A stretch of DNA of 26,779 bases from a virus (IMGVR_UViG_3300025084_000179:1-26779), one strand, 5' to 3'. Shown: positions 7,326-16,065, counted from the stretch's first letter. A program made the numbers and translations. The notes: generated by a model not told the origin, from the sequence alone.

Positions 7326-9662
7326 TTAACTTCCAATAAGCTCTTCGAAGCTTGCGTCTGTACGAGTAGCGTAGAAGTTAACTAAGATAAACTCTGCAGT
7401 ACGTACTGGCTTGAGATAAATGTCAACAATAAGCTCATTCTGATCAATTACTTCTGCTGTATTGTTACGATCATCGCAAACAATCATAAAGTCGTAAAGA
7501 CCATCAGCAGCTTTAACTCGCTCAAAGAACGGTGTCAATGTATTAACAACTCGTGTCCTCGTAAACAATGTATTGTTCTCAAAGAGGAAGAACTGCATCG
7601 TCTTCTTAGTAATCTTCTCAAGATATAAGAATGTACGGCGAACGTTAATACGATCAAATGCACTTGGCTTCCTCAGCAATGTCTTCTGTCCAAAGAATAC
7701 ATTACCTTGATCAGCGAAGTTAGCAATTGGGTTGAGGTTAGCTGTGTAAAGGTCATCACGTTGACGTTGGTTAGGTGTAACAGCGATGTCAGAAGCATCA
7801 GTAATAACACCTCTGTTGAATCCAGCAGGTGCACCCCATGGTCCAACAGCAGCATCAGTAGAAGCCATCTTAGCAGCGGCAAATCCAGATGATGGAACCC
7901 AAGCATTTAATCCTGTGTAGTTATCAGGAACACTCATCCAGTTAGCATATACAGTAGCATAAGACGTATTGGCTAATTCAAACTGATGTCTAATTGCCCA
8001 GTAGATGTCTGTATAGAAGTTCTTAGTAGGATCCTTCTGAACTTTGCTATTTGTACCTGTTACAACTAACTGACGAATTGGATCAGCAATAAATAAGATA
8101 TCACCACGTCCACCATCTTTGGCAGGTCCTGCAAATGTAGCAAACTTATTGAAGACATTCATATAAGCAGTACGAGCTTGACCACCACTAGAATCAAGAT
8201 CAGCCGAAGTTCTCAAAGCCTCAATTTGAGTTGTTGTTTTCGTATCGTCGAACCCGGTTGTGGCTGATGAGCTATCCATATACGTATTAATAGTACCGAG
8301 ACCAGCTTCAGCAATCATACTAATATCAAACTTACGATCGTTACGAATACGATCAAGAGCACGATCAAGTTTACCTGGAATATTACCGATTACTTTCGTT
8401 GTAAGATCAACATCACCATAAGAACCTAATGGAACGAGACTGTCTGCTTTGTTAAACCCAAGGGGGAGAGAAGACGTCGCTAAGGAAAGTGTACTCAATC
8501 CAGATGCACTTGCTGGGATCGATGATGAATCTACAGCAGCTTTAAGTGCGGTTGTAAACATACGAACCTTAAACTTAGGTGTACCATCATCTTTAAGCTG
8601 TACTCCAGTTGTAGCATCTGATACGAACGGATTAACGATAACATCAATGTTACGTGATTTTTCTTCAACAGAATCTAAACTAAAGTTAACCGGTGCACCA
8701 CCATTGTCTGAATTACGCTGACGGTATTTACCAATAGAGGCATTATAACCTTCCTCAAGAAGGTAATCGAGTTTATTTGATTCTTTCGAAAAAACTGACT
8801 GGCGTAATTTAAATACACCTACATTTAATGCATCGTCAAATTCACGTCCACCGATATCATAACCTTCAATACGATCTTCCATTACCTGTGAAACCGATCC
8901 GTTAGCAGGATTATTACCAAATTCTGGCGTAGCAGTAAGAGAGAACTCAAACCGTGATGCTGGTACTTCTGTAAAAGATGATGTACCAGTGGCGGGCGCG
9001 CCAGTAGTAACTGAAAATACACTCTGTATAGCCTCAAAATTCGTCGCTGGGTTTAAAAGAGTATTGTCAGTTAAACCAACATAATATCCATTAAATTGAT
9101 TATCAACAACTGATTGAGCTTTATTAACAACAATTACTGCCGCACCACTTAAAGCACCGACAGAATCTAGTGCGAGGCTACTAACAGTTCGACTACCAAA
9201 ATCAAACAATTGACCATTCTTGAGCTGTAAGTATTGCTCATTAGTAATATCAAACTGAGTTGGCCGGCCTAAGAGATAAGTTCCTGCACCGGAAAGTTCA
9301 TATGAAGTTTGAGTGAAGCTGCCCCCTTCATCATAAACCGCAGCTGGGTAAGCAAGAACACTTACTTTTGAACCAAACCCTTGACCGCTTGCCGCACCAT
9401 ATGGTAAGCGGTTAACTAGCAAAGAGCCGGTAGAGTTTAAAGCAGCGCGTGCAGAGTGATAAAAATATCTTTCTGCCGGAGTCTTTGGAGTACCGTAGAT
9501 TTGTTCGAACTCGGAGATATTTCCAAGTCCAATAACTTCATCAGTAGGTCCTTCGGAAGCGAATCCAGCAATATACGTAGTAGTGCCTGTTTGAGCTGTG
9601 CGGAGTGATAAATCACTCTCACGAATCTCGACACCTGGAGATTGAATTGTCCTATTAGCCAT
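7326..9662 (-). CDS. gp18: Contractile tail sheath protein, T4 gp18-like (start revised to ATG 9662)
   Basis: N-terminal SPGVEIRESDLS; C-terminal PWGAPAGFNRG, QRDDLYTANLNPI, GQKTL..PSAFDRINVRR, IYLKPVRTAEFILVNF. TAAATA lies 5 nt before ATG 9662. Confidence 0.95.
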   Translation of the reverse strand: MANRTIQSPGVEIRESDLSLRTAQTGTTTYIAGFASEGPTDEVIGLGNISEFEQIYGTPKTPAERYFYHSARAALNSTGSLLVNRLPYGAASGQGFGSKVSVLAYPAAVYDEGGSFTQTSYELSGAGTYLLGRPTQFDITNEQYLQLKNGQLFDFGSRTVSSLALDSVGALSGAAVIVVNKAQSVVDNQFNGYYVGLTDNTLLNPATNFEAIQSVFSVTTGAPATGTSSFTEVPASRFEFSLTATPEFGNNPANGSVSQVMEDRIEGYDIGGREFDDALNVGVFKLRQSVFSKESNKLDYLLEEGYNASIGKYRQRNSDNGGAPVNFSLDSVEEKSRNIDVIVNPFVSDATTGVQLKDDGTPKFKVRMFTTALKAAVDSSSIPASASGLSTLSLATSSLPLGFNKADSLVPLGSYGDVDLTTKVIGNIPGKLDRALDRIRNDRKFDISMIAEAGLGTINTYMDSSSATTGFDDTKTTTQIEALRTSADLDSSGGQARTAYMNVFNKFATFAGPAKDGGRGDILFIADPIRQLVVTGTNSKVQKDPTKNFYTDIYWAIRHQFELANTSYATVYANWMSVPDNYTGLNAWVPSSGFAAAKMASTDAAVGPWGAPAGFNRGVITDASDIAVTPNQRQRDDLYTANLNPIANFADQGNVFFGQKTLLRKPSAFDRINVRRTFLYLEKITKKTMQFFLFENNTLFTRTRVVNTLTPFFERVKAADGLYDFMIVCDDRNNTAEVIDQNELIVDIYLKPVRTAEFILVNFYATRTDASFEELIGS

Positions 9663-9667
9663 AACAT

Positions 9668-9673
9668 TATTTA
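9668..9673 (-). promoter_or_regulatory. Late-promoter-like box TAAATA, 5 nt before ATG 9662
   Basis: Minus strand reads gcaTAAATAatgttATG. Confidence 0.75.
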
Positions 9674-9708
9674 TGCTTTTTTGGACAAAAATCTGTAAAT
9701 TTTTTACC

Positions 9709-10287
9709 TTAGTGGTTAATAAGTTTTGTATGTATTTGAGAGTAGACAAACGTCATAGAAGATGTAATTTCCTCTGCTGTTCTATAACTATAATTAATAC
9801 TACCTATTGTAACAGGAAAAGCTTTTGTATATGTAAATTGAATACGTTCGTTATTAAACTCATCAAGACCATACAAAGTCATATCTGTTTGATAATTCTT
9901 AAAGTCCTCATCTGAAACTAAATCAGATGCATCATATAAGCCTTCTTTCTCATCATGCATTAAGTCAAGCCACTTATATAATACCCAATAATTGTTAAAT
10001 CCATTATCAATCGTAAAGTCAACCGTTACTGGTGGGTATGGCTCCCTAGCGTGTGTTGAGTTATATAGATTAGATCCACCATATCTAATTTGTAATGCAG
10101 GTACATCTAGTTCTGGTACAACAGCACCATAGACAGAAAACTGAAATGCATCTTCATTAACGTTGTAGGTCTGCCTATCAGTTTTTGAATCTATTTTACG
10201 TAAAGCTGGGGGTAATGAAAAGACAAGCTTAAACTTATCTGTTCTGCTTTTATTAAGAAAGGATTGGTCGTTTTGATTTACAGCCAT
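9709..10287 (-). CDS. gp3: Tail tube terminator / tail completion protein, T4 gp3-like
   Basis: YPPVTVDFTIDNGFNNYWVLYKWL resembles T4 gp3 YDPLIVRFIVDEELKSWIGMYEWM; tube-fold C-terminus (AFPVTIGSINYSY). Confidence 0.65.
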   Translation of the reverse strand: MAVNQNDQSFLNKSRTDKFKLVFSLPPALRKIDSKTDRQTYNVNEDAFQFSVYGAVVPELDVPALQIRYGGSNLYNSTHAREPYPPVTVDFTIDNGFNNYWVLYKWLDLMHDEKEGLYDASDLVSDEDFKNYQTDMTLYGLDEFNNERIQFTYTKAFPVTIGSINYSYRTAEEITSSMTFVYSQIHTKLINH

Positions 10288-10292
10288 ACTGT

Positions 10293-10298
10293 TATTTA
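10293..10298 (-). promoter_or_regulatory. Late-promoter-like box TAAATA, 5 nt before ATG 10287
   Basis: Minus strand reads atTAAATAacagtATG. Confidence 0.7.
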
Positions 10299-10300
10299 AT

Positions 10301-12004
10301 CTATAGTTGTGTGAACCCTTGATCTATTAGATCATAATAATCATCACCCATATCGTTATCATCACTATTTGCCATGCCCCAATAAACAGGATTAAGATCT
10401 GGACTACCACCAGTTACTTCATTATCTGTATATATTGATGTTGGATCCTCAAATAACGATATACCAAAGTCTAAAGGCTCAATAGTCTTTGGGCGACCAG
10501 TATCATCTTTCTCTATAATCTCAAAATATTGCTCACATATTTCGTTATCTAGAACATAATAACCATACATCAAAGCCATTACTAAATCATCATGACAACC
10601 ATGTCTAGCCTTCCAAGTGCCATTAGGATACCGAACAAAGTTGCGGAGCTCTTCTAATGTCTCAGCATCTCGCATCACTATTGATTTAAGATCATTCATC
10701 CAATAGCGCATATTAATAATACCTCTATGCTTTGTATTAGTATGAGCAATCATACCTTGCATGCGCTTTTTCCTGTGAGCAGCTCTATTACCATATGATA
10801 CTAATTTAGGGTAACCCATATCATGCGCCAAGCGATCAACAACTTGAGCACCACAATTGTTACGTTCTACTAACGCAAGTGGGGATCCGTAGTTGCGTAG
10901 TATCTTAAAGACTTTGTTACTAAACTCCATTGGAGATATTTTATTGTTACGATAGACTGCTACTTGCCTTACTTCAGCTGGATCAGTAACGTCAAGCATT
11001 TGAATAATAGAACTATCCTTTCCTACACCCTCTGCTGTATCAACACCAGCAGCATATATTCTACCCTCTTGAGCTTCCTCCCATACTTTATAGCATCCAT
11101 CATCTAATGTAACTGCTGGGTCACATATTTGACGCTCCATCATTTCGTATAAAGCGTCATCGATTGAAGCTTCACCAGAGTTAATCCATTCGCAACAGAA
11201 CTCTTGACGCCACGCTTCGGCTGAACCAATCGTTAACTTTGTACTGTCAGCCCATTTCTCATCACGACCTGGCACTTCATTCCACAATATTTTTCCATAT
11301 GCCCACCCATTCTCTCCTGTCTCAGCACCATTATATAATCTATAGAAAAGATTCTGAGTACCATTAGCAGTTGAACATACAAATGCTTTAGATTTCTTAG
11401 ATGAAGAGATAATTGGAAAGACAGATTTCCAAAACTCATCAACCAGATGAGGTTCAATGAAGGCCATCTCATCAATTACTAAACAATTTACAGACTGACC
11501 TCGAGCAGCTGTACCTGTAGTAGTCGTAATACCAATACGAGAACCATTTTCTAGAGTCATAGACGTCTTCGCATATTCTTTAACTGGTGACTTAAGCCAA
11601 TTGGGCAGCTCTTCATAGGCCATTCTAACTCGTGAAAAGATTTCAATAGCAGTGGCTTCTTTGTTCGCGACGAGCAGAATGCGCTGATCTTTTAGGAAGA
11701 TAGCTTGCCATAAAAGATAAATTGTCATCAAAGTAGACTTACCAATCTGACGTGATGCTAATAAAATATAGAAGCGATTATCTCTCATCGCCCTTAGAGC
11801 CTTCTTTTGAGCCGGATATAGTTTAATTTTTTCTTTACCTGAATCCAAATTAACAATATGGAAAAAATTCTCAGCAAAATATAAGATATTGTTTTGAGCT
11901 TTCTTAAGAGCTTTAACTTTATCTGGTGTATATTCTCCTTGCCAATTCCTATTAGGTAAATTATCATTACCCATATAGTACATACCTGTATCTTTTTTAG
12001 CCAT
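10301..12004 (-). CDS. gp17: Terminase large subunit, T4 gp17-like
   Basis: Walker A ASRQIGKST, Walker B LVIDEMAF, motif III STANG, nuclease motifs GVDTAEGVGKD and HDDLVMA. Confidence 0.97.
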   Translation of the reverse strand: MAKKDTGMYYMGNDNLPNRNWQGEYTPDKVKALKKAQNNILYFAENFFHIVNLDSGKEKIKLYPAQKKALRAMRDNRFYILLASRQIGKSTLMTIYLLWQAIFLKDQRILLVANKEATAIEIFSRVRMAYEELPNWLKSPVKEYAKTSMTLENGSRIGITTTTGTAARGQSVNCLVIDEMAFIEPHLVDEFWKSVFPIISSSKKSKAFVCSTANGTQNLFYRLYNGAETGENGWAYGKILWNEVPGRDEKWADSTKLTIGSAEAWRQEFCCEWINSGEASIDDALYEMMERQICDPAVTLDDGCYKVWEEAQEGRIYAAGVDTAEGVGKDSSIIQMLDVTDPAEVRQVAVYRNNKISPMEFSNKVFKILRNYGSPLALVERNNCGAQVVDRLAHDMGYPKLVSYGNRAAHRKKRMQGMIAHTNTKHRGIINMRYWMNDLKSIVMRDAETLEELRNFVRYPNGTWKARHGCHDDLVMALMYGYYVLDNEICEQYFEIIEKDDTGRPKTIEPLDFGISLFEDPTSIYTDNEVTGGSPDLNPVYWGMANSDDNDMGDDYYDLIDQGFTQL

Positions 12005-12014
12005 AGACTAGACA

Positions 12015-12020
12015 TATTTA
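12015..12020 (-). promoter_or_regulatory. Late-promoter-like box TAAATA, 10 nt before terminase ATG
   Basis: Minus strand reads gatTAAATAtgtctagtctATG. Confidence 0.55.
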
Positions 12021-12071
12021 ATCTCAAACTTTTATTTTACAACTATTACTTGTTTTAAGTAACGTTTGACA

Positions 12072-12077
12072 TAAATA
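12072..12077 (+). promoter_or_regulatory. Late-promoter-like box TAAATA, 5 nt before ATG 12083
   Basis: acaTAAATAttagcATG. Confidence 0.7.
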
Positions 12078-12082
12078 TTAGC

Positions 12083-13060
12083 ATGGCTAAAAAGAACGAC
12101 CTTACGGATCTCGGCGAGGTTTATGGTAACCTTGGTAATGAGGCTGCTGTTGTTGCTGAGAATTTAGAAGCGCAAACAGTTGGCGATACAAACGCCAATA
12201 CAGGTAATGCAGATATTCAACCAGGAGGCCCAACGAAAGAAGGTGGGTTTGAAGAATCAGAAGTTGATATTAAAAAGGTAGGAGACAAAAATCCATACAA
12301 TGTAAAAGGACTTTCTTATGGAGATGATAACTGTCCCACTCTTGAGACGGAGCAACCGAAAGAGCAAGAGGCTGGAGAAAAGAAAGATGATCCAGAGAGT
12401 TCAACAGAAGAAGATGAAGAAGAAAGTTCAGCAGAAGTACTTGAAATTGCGCGGGAGGGACTAAATAAATATATGGCCAATAAATCTATTTTTGATGAAC
12501 TCTATGCCAAAGTCATTAACGAAGACTTCGGAATGGAAGAAGTTGACGACCTTGATGCTCTCGGTATTGAAGATGCAACTCCTGATGAGGATCTTGCTGA
12601 CGAAGGTGACGATGCAGAAGAGGAAGTAACAATTACACTTGATAAAGAACTTGCACAACACCTTTGTGATATTCTTAAAGCTGCATGCGGAGAAGAAGTT
12701 GACGACGATGCTGATGAAGCTGCTGATGATACGGAAGCTGATGATGCAGAGCCTGAAGACTATGAGATGGGTATGGAAGCGGAAGAAGATAACGAAGGTG
12801 AGCCTACTGCTTTCAATACTCATTACAATGATGGAAAGAGTAATAAAGTCGGTAACACTGGAGAAGGCTTCGGACAACCTAAAGTTCAGCCAATGAACAA
12901 AGTACATCACAAGCCAGCTGCTGGACCTTCTGACAAGGGAGGCGAGCCTAAGTCTCATTCCGGAAGTTATAATGATGGAAAAAATAACAAAGTTGGTAAT
13001 CAGGGCGATGGTTTCGGCCAGCCTAAGGTAGAGCCAATGAACAAAGCTGTTAAGGCATAA
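12083..13060 (+). CDS. Highly acidic late protein, possible prohead core/scaffold or internal head protein
   Basis: Asp/Glu-rich low-complexity 325 aa; late box upstream and terminator downstream; duplicated C-terminal motif. Confidence 0.5.
   Translation: MAKKNDLTDLGEVYGNLGNEAAVVAENLEAQTVGDTNANTGNADIQPGGPTKEGGFEESEVDIKKVGDKNPYNVKGLSYGDDNCPTLETEQPKEQEAGEKKDDPESSTEEDEEESSAEVLEIAREGLNKYMANKSIFDELYAKVINEDFGMEEVDDLDALGIEDATPDEDLADEGDDAEEEVTITLDKELAQHLCDILKAACGEEVDDDADEAADDTEADDAEPEDYEMGMEAEEDNEGEPTAFNTHYNDGKSNKVGNTGEGFGQPKVQPMNKVHHKPAAGPSDKGGEPKSHSGSYNDGKNNKVGNQGDGFGQPKVEPMNKAVKA
12462..12467 (+). promoter_or_regulatory. Intragenic late-promoter-like box, 5 nt before in-frame ATG 12473
   Basis: gacTAAATAaatatATG; the ATG is Met131 of the 12083 ORF. 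Confidence 0.55.
12824..13045 (+). repeat. Two-copy intragenic repeat, 144 nt period
   Basis: YNDGKSNKVGNTGEGFGQPKVQPMNK (from 12824) and YNDGKNNKVGNQGDGFGQPKVEPMNK (from 12968). Confidence 0.9.
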
Positions 13061-13080
13061 TTAACTCTAGCATATAATTT

Positions 13081-13113
13081 AAGAGACTCGTGCTTAAGCA
13101 CGAGTCTTTTTTT
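13081..13113 (+). terminator. Rho-independent terminator
   Basis: AGACTCGTGC-TTAA-GCACGAGTCT followed by a T-run. Confidence 0.85.
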
Positions 13114-13133
13114 GTATATTGATACAACTAGCA

Positions 13134-13139
13134 TAAATA
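13134..13139 (+). promoter_or_regulatory. Late-promoter-like box TAAATA, 5 nt before ATG 13145
   Basis: gcaTAAATAtatacATG. Confidence 0.7.
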
Positions 13140-13144
13140 TATAC

Positions 13145-13498
13145 ATGCAGACATTCAAGGAGTACTATCAGGGTAATCAAATGATGAATGCTAATGCTAC
13201 ATCTGCACGTAAGGGTGGTAAAAGTATTATGCGCTCTGGTCGTAAACATGAGAATCTAACAAGAAAAGAATATGGTCATAAATGTCCTCATGTTAGAAAC
13301 CTTATAAACGGTGGTGCTGGTTCAATCAATCTATTAGGACAACCTCTTACGAATTCTTTACAGATGTATGGTATGGAGTTTGAGCCAGGTACAGTAAAGG
13401 GTATCGGTAACTCTGGTGTAGAGATCGAAATGTTTGAGAATGAAGAAGGTCACCCACAAGCTATTCTTCGCAAAAAAAATAAAATAAATGGCTTGTAA
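13145..13498 (+). CDS. Hypothetical late protein (start revised to ATG 13145, MQTFKEYY...)
   Basis: The track start at 13112 lies within the terminator T-run; ATG 13145 has the TAAATA-N5 box. Confidence 0.65.
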   Translation: MQTFKEYYQGNQMMNANATSARKGGKSIMRSGRKHENLTRKEYGHKCPHVRNLINGGAGSINLLGQPLTNSLQMYGMEFEPGTVKGIGNSGVEIEMFENEEGHPQAILRKKNKINGL

Positions 13499-14258
13499 TA
13501 CTAACAGATTAAACTGCTCACCAGAAGAGGTGATGATGGCCGCTAGCTTACCTTGCGGTGAGTTAGTGAATGCAGATAATTTACAGGCCGAACAACTAGT
13601 ATATGATTTAGCCTATCGTGATTTGATTAACAATCATGGTATTAATATTAACTATTATATTAAACCGTTTAGTTTATCTGCTGCTAATATGCTATATGGT
13701 GAGGAGCCCACAGCAGTATTCGAAGCTGCATCTGGTATGCAGATGTATGTAGAGCTTTCTCAAGACGCATTAGCGCTTACACAATTTGGCTTTGATCCTG
13801 GTGATGAATTCACTGGCTTTTTACACATTGAGACATTCCGTAGTGTGATGAGTGGTAGTGATTCGTACACTACTTTAGAGGACGTTGAGCCTAAATCAGG
13901 TGATCTGGTTGAAGTGACTGGTTTAGGTTGTGATAGACCAGGAGGTCGTTCTGCTAATATATATGAGATTACAGAGCGTAGGGATGAAGATATAGCCACT
14001 ATCAATCCTATACTAGGCCATTATGTATATCGTATAAGGGCTAAGAGATTTGAGTACTCATTCGAGCCTAATGCACCTCAAGAAGCTAAAAACGAGCAAG
14101 TATATGATGATTCAAAGTTTGGCACTCTCAGTACTAATATTAGTGAGGATAGTGTATCAGATGCTAAGACTTACAATTGGGACGTTGATGAAGATTCGAA
14201 AGAAAACGTTTACGATATGGATGTAAATGATAATGACATCTACGGTTCTTATTATTAA
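13488..14258 (+). CDS. gp14: Neck protein, T4 gp14-like
   Basis: EQLVYDL...LINNHGININYY...LYGEEP...MYVE...FGFDPGDE...EPKSGDLV...IYEIT follows the gp14 pattern. Confidence 0.8.
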   Translation: MACNTNRLNCSPEEVMMAASLPCGELVNADNLQAEQLVYDLAYRDLINNHGININYYIKPFSLSAANMLYGEEPTAVFEAASGMQMYVELSQDALALTQFGFDPGDEFTGFLHIETFRSVMSGSDSYTTLEDVEPKSGDLVEVTGLGCDRPGGRSANIYEITERRDEDIATINPILGHYVYRIRAKRFEYSFEPNAPQEAKNEQVYDDSKFGTLSTNISEDSVSDAKTYNWDVDEDSKENVYDMDVNDNDIYGSYY

Positions 14259-14259
14259 T

Positions 14260-14292
14260 AAAAAAAAGCCAGGAGTTAACTCCTGGCTTTTT
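14260..14292. terminator. Bidirectional rho-independent terminator
   Basis: A-run, GCCAGGAG-TTAA-CTCCTGGC, T-run; between convergent gp14 and glycosyltransferase genes. Confidence 0.9.
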
Positions 14293-14308
14293 ATCCATAG
14301 GCTACTAA

Positions 14309-15337
14309 TTATTTCTTCTTACGATTTTTCTTATTTGTATCACGTTTAGCAGCACTTGGTGGAGTCTCACTAGTTACTGATTGTTCTTGGACTGGTGCTT
14401 GTTGTTCTGGTTGTTCTGGTTGTTTGGGTTGTTGTAAGAGCGATCCGACAATCCCATTCACATCAAACATCTGCGATACATCATCATACGGACACTCATG
14501 TATAGCGCCTGTAAAGTTATAATCATATAAGTATGAGTCAATAGTACCCTTAGGAAATTCAACTGGTGCTTTAATATTGGTATGAATATCATAACCAAAC
14601 ACTTCTGGCTGTGTAGCTACCCAAACCACTGTTGATGGTTTACCCATAGCAGCAGCAGCATGTTGGAAAGAAGAATCAACAAACAAGCAGCGATCAGCAA
14701 AACGAATCATATTAAACAGATTCTTCTTAGGCACAACCTTTTCGTATCTAATTACATCGTTCAACTTATGGTGGAAGTCATAGCAAATGTGAATAATTTG
14801 ATAATGTTCTTTTAGTTGGTTAACTAATTCTTGAGCAACCTGTGGATGAATATCACGCGACCATGAATATGGATCAGCTTGATGTTCTTTACCTGGACCT
14901 CCAAATGGTTGGAAGAGTAATATTGGTTTCTGTTTAGGAATCTGCGCTAATTCCGGATCTATATATCCTGTCTCACGCATATTCATTGGTAAATTAGGCA
15001 CTTCTCCTTTGTAATTAATACCTATCATCTCACACCAGCTAATTATAAGATGCTTCTGTTTCTTAATATGGGATGTTTGCTTATATGGCTCTTGAGAAAA
15101 TACCACCGTATCCTTACCATAGACATAATCTTCATAGAAGTATGGTACATTACCTAATCGATATACTCTCTCAATATCCTTGTTGCCGAGAAAGATCTCG
15201 GGCCAAGCACACACTACAATAATTTTAGTAGTTGGATGGTTATTCTTATATGCCTTTACCACCGCGGTGGAACAAATATGTTTACCGATCCCTCCTTCGA
15301 TGTTAAAGACTGCAAATTCTGGACTTTGTTCGCTCAT
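14309..15337 (-). CDS. Glycosyltransferase, GT9 (heptosyltransferase)-like (start revised to ATG 15337)
   Basis: GGIGKHICSTAVVKAYKNNHP (cf. GT9 lGDxlxxxPxlxalkxxyP) and ADRCLFVDSSFQHAAAAMGKPSTVVW...P..FGY (cf. GT9 DSGxxHxAAAxGxP); Gln/Pro-rich, basic tail. Confidence 0.75.
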   Translation of the reverse strand: MSEQSPEFAVFNIEGGIGKHICSTAVVKAYKNNHPTTKIIVVCAWPEIFLGNKDIERVYRLGNVPYFYEDYVYGKDTVVFSQEPYKQTSHIKKQKHLIISWCEMIGINYKGEVPNLPMNMRETGYIDPELAQIPKQKPILLFQPFGGPGKEHQADPYSWSRDIHPQVAQELVNQLKEHYQIIHICYDFHHKLNDVIRYEKVVPKKNLFNMIRFADRCLFVDSSFQHAAAAMGKPSTVVWVATQPEVFGYDIHTNIKAPVEFPKGTIDSYLYDYNFTGAIHECPYDDVSQMFDVNGIVGSLLQQPKQPEQPEQQAPVQEQSVTSETPPSAAKRDTNKKNRKKK

Positions 15338-15345
15338 TACACAAT

Positions 15346-15373
15346 AATTTATATTGAGTCGAGCAAAAATCAA
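15346..15373 (-). promoter_or_regulatory. Host sigma70-type promoter candidate TTGATT-N16-TAAATT
   Basis: -10 lies 8 nt before ATG 15337; same architecture as the candidates at 16078, 20137, 21673 and 22356. Confidence 0.45.
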
Positions 15374-15379
15374 TACCTA

Positions 15380-16054
15380 TTAACTAGATATTTTCAAAGT
15401 ACCGCCATCATTCCATACAACACCACTCACTCCTGGGTCAGATGTAGGTAAGGTTTTGAGGTATAAACTTTGAGCGTGGAGCATTGCTCCACTAACAGAC
15501 GTAATACTCGTACCACCTGCTATAGCAGATTGGCAATGAGTAATATAATTATTATTACCACCGAGTATACCACTCTCAACCCCTGTAGTACAAATTGAAT
15601 TATCATCACCCCCACCTATGAATGAAAAGTTAGCACAGGTATCATTATTATTACCCCCAGCTACAGCTGAGCCACCACCGCATGCGTCGTTATAATAACC
15701 TCCTATAACACCAGCATAAGATCCGCATGCAGTATTTGAAAACCCGGCTTGAAGGTTGGTAAAACAGTTAGTGCCTTGAAAGCAATTGTCCTGGTTTTCA
15801 TGTGCGAATTCAGCAGAGTTAGATTGGAAAGTAGAGTAAACACTATCCCATGTAGCACTAGAAGATTGCACTGTAGTATAAACTCCTGAAGTAGATGCAT
15901 ATAAAGTTTTAGTAACAAACGAATCACTTAACACATCACCAATATTAGTTATTGTTGCTACTTTTGTACTGGAGCTTTGAACTAATGCAAACTGTTCTGT
16001 TCCAGCTAATGGTGTAGTTGCTGCTGGGAGATTACTAATTTTGATACCGGCCAT
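15380..16054 (-). CDS. Fibre-like virion protein with Gly/Asn/Cys beta-roll repeats
   Basis: N-terminal KISNLPAATTPLAGTE..LVQ and C-terminal LPTSDPGVSGVVWNDGGTLKIS are motifs I recall from phage fibre/decoration proteins; ~15 aa xxGGxxN repeats; late box. Confidence 0.55.
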   Translation of the reverse strand: MAGIKISNLPAATTPLAGTEQFALVQSSSTKVATITNIGDVLSDSFVTKTLYASTSGVYTTVQSSSATWDSVYSTFQSNSAEFAHENQDNCFQGTNCFTNLQAGFSNTACGSYAGVIGGYYNDACGGGSAVAGGNNNDTCANFSFIGGGDDNSICTTGVESGILGGNNNYITHCQSAIAGGTSITSVSGAMLHAQSLYLKTLPTSDPGVSGVVWNDGGTLKISS

Positions 16055-16059
16055 ATCAT

Positions 16060-16065
16060 TATTTA
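16060..16065 (-). promoter_or_regulatory. Late-promoter-like box TAAATA, 5 nt before ATG 16054
   Basis: Minus strand reads acaTAAATAatgatATG. Confidence 0.7.

Noticed and set aside
9663-9749. Longer upstream starts in the ORF track (also 2852, 4683, 13112, 15373, 22841, 25026)
   Set aside because: The extensions overlap neighbouring genes, terminators or promoter boxes; downstream ATGs fit the motifs and family N-termini.
7326-12004. Introns or inteins in terminase or sheath
   Set aside because: Both ORFs are continuous with ordinary lengths, and no splicing or homing-endonuclease motifs were seen.
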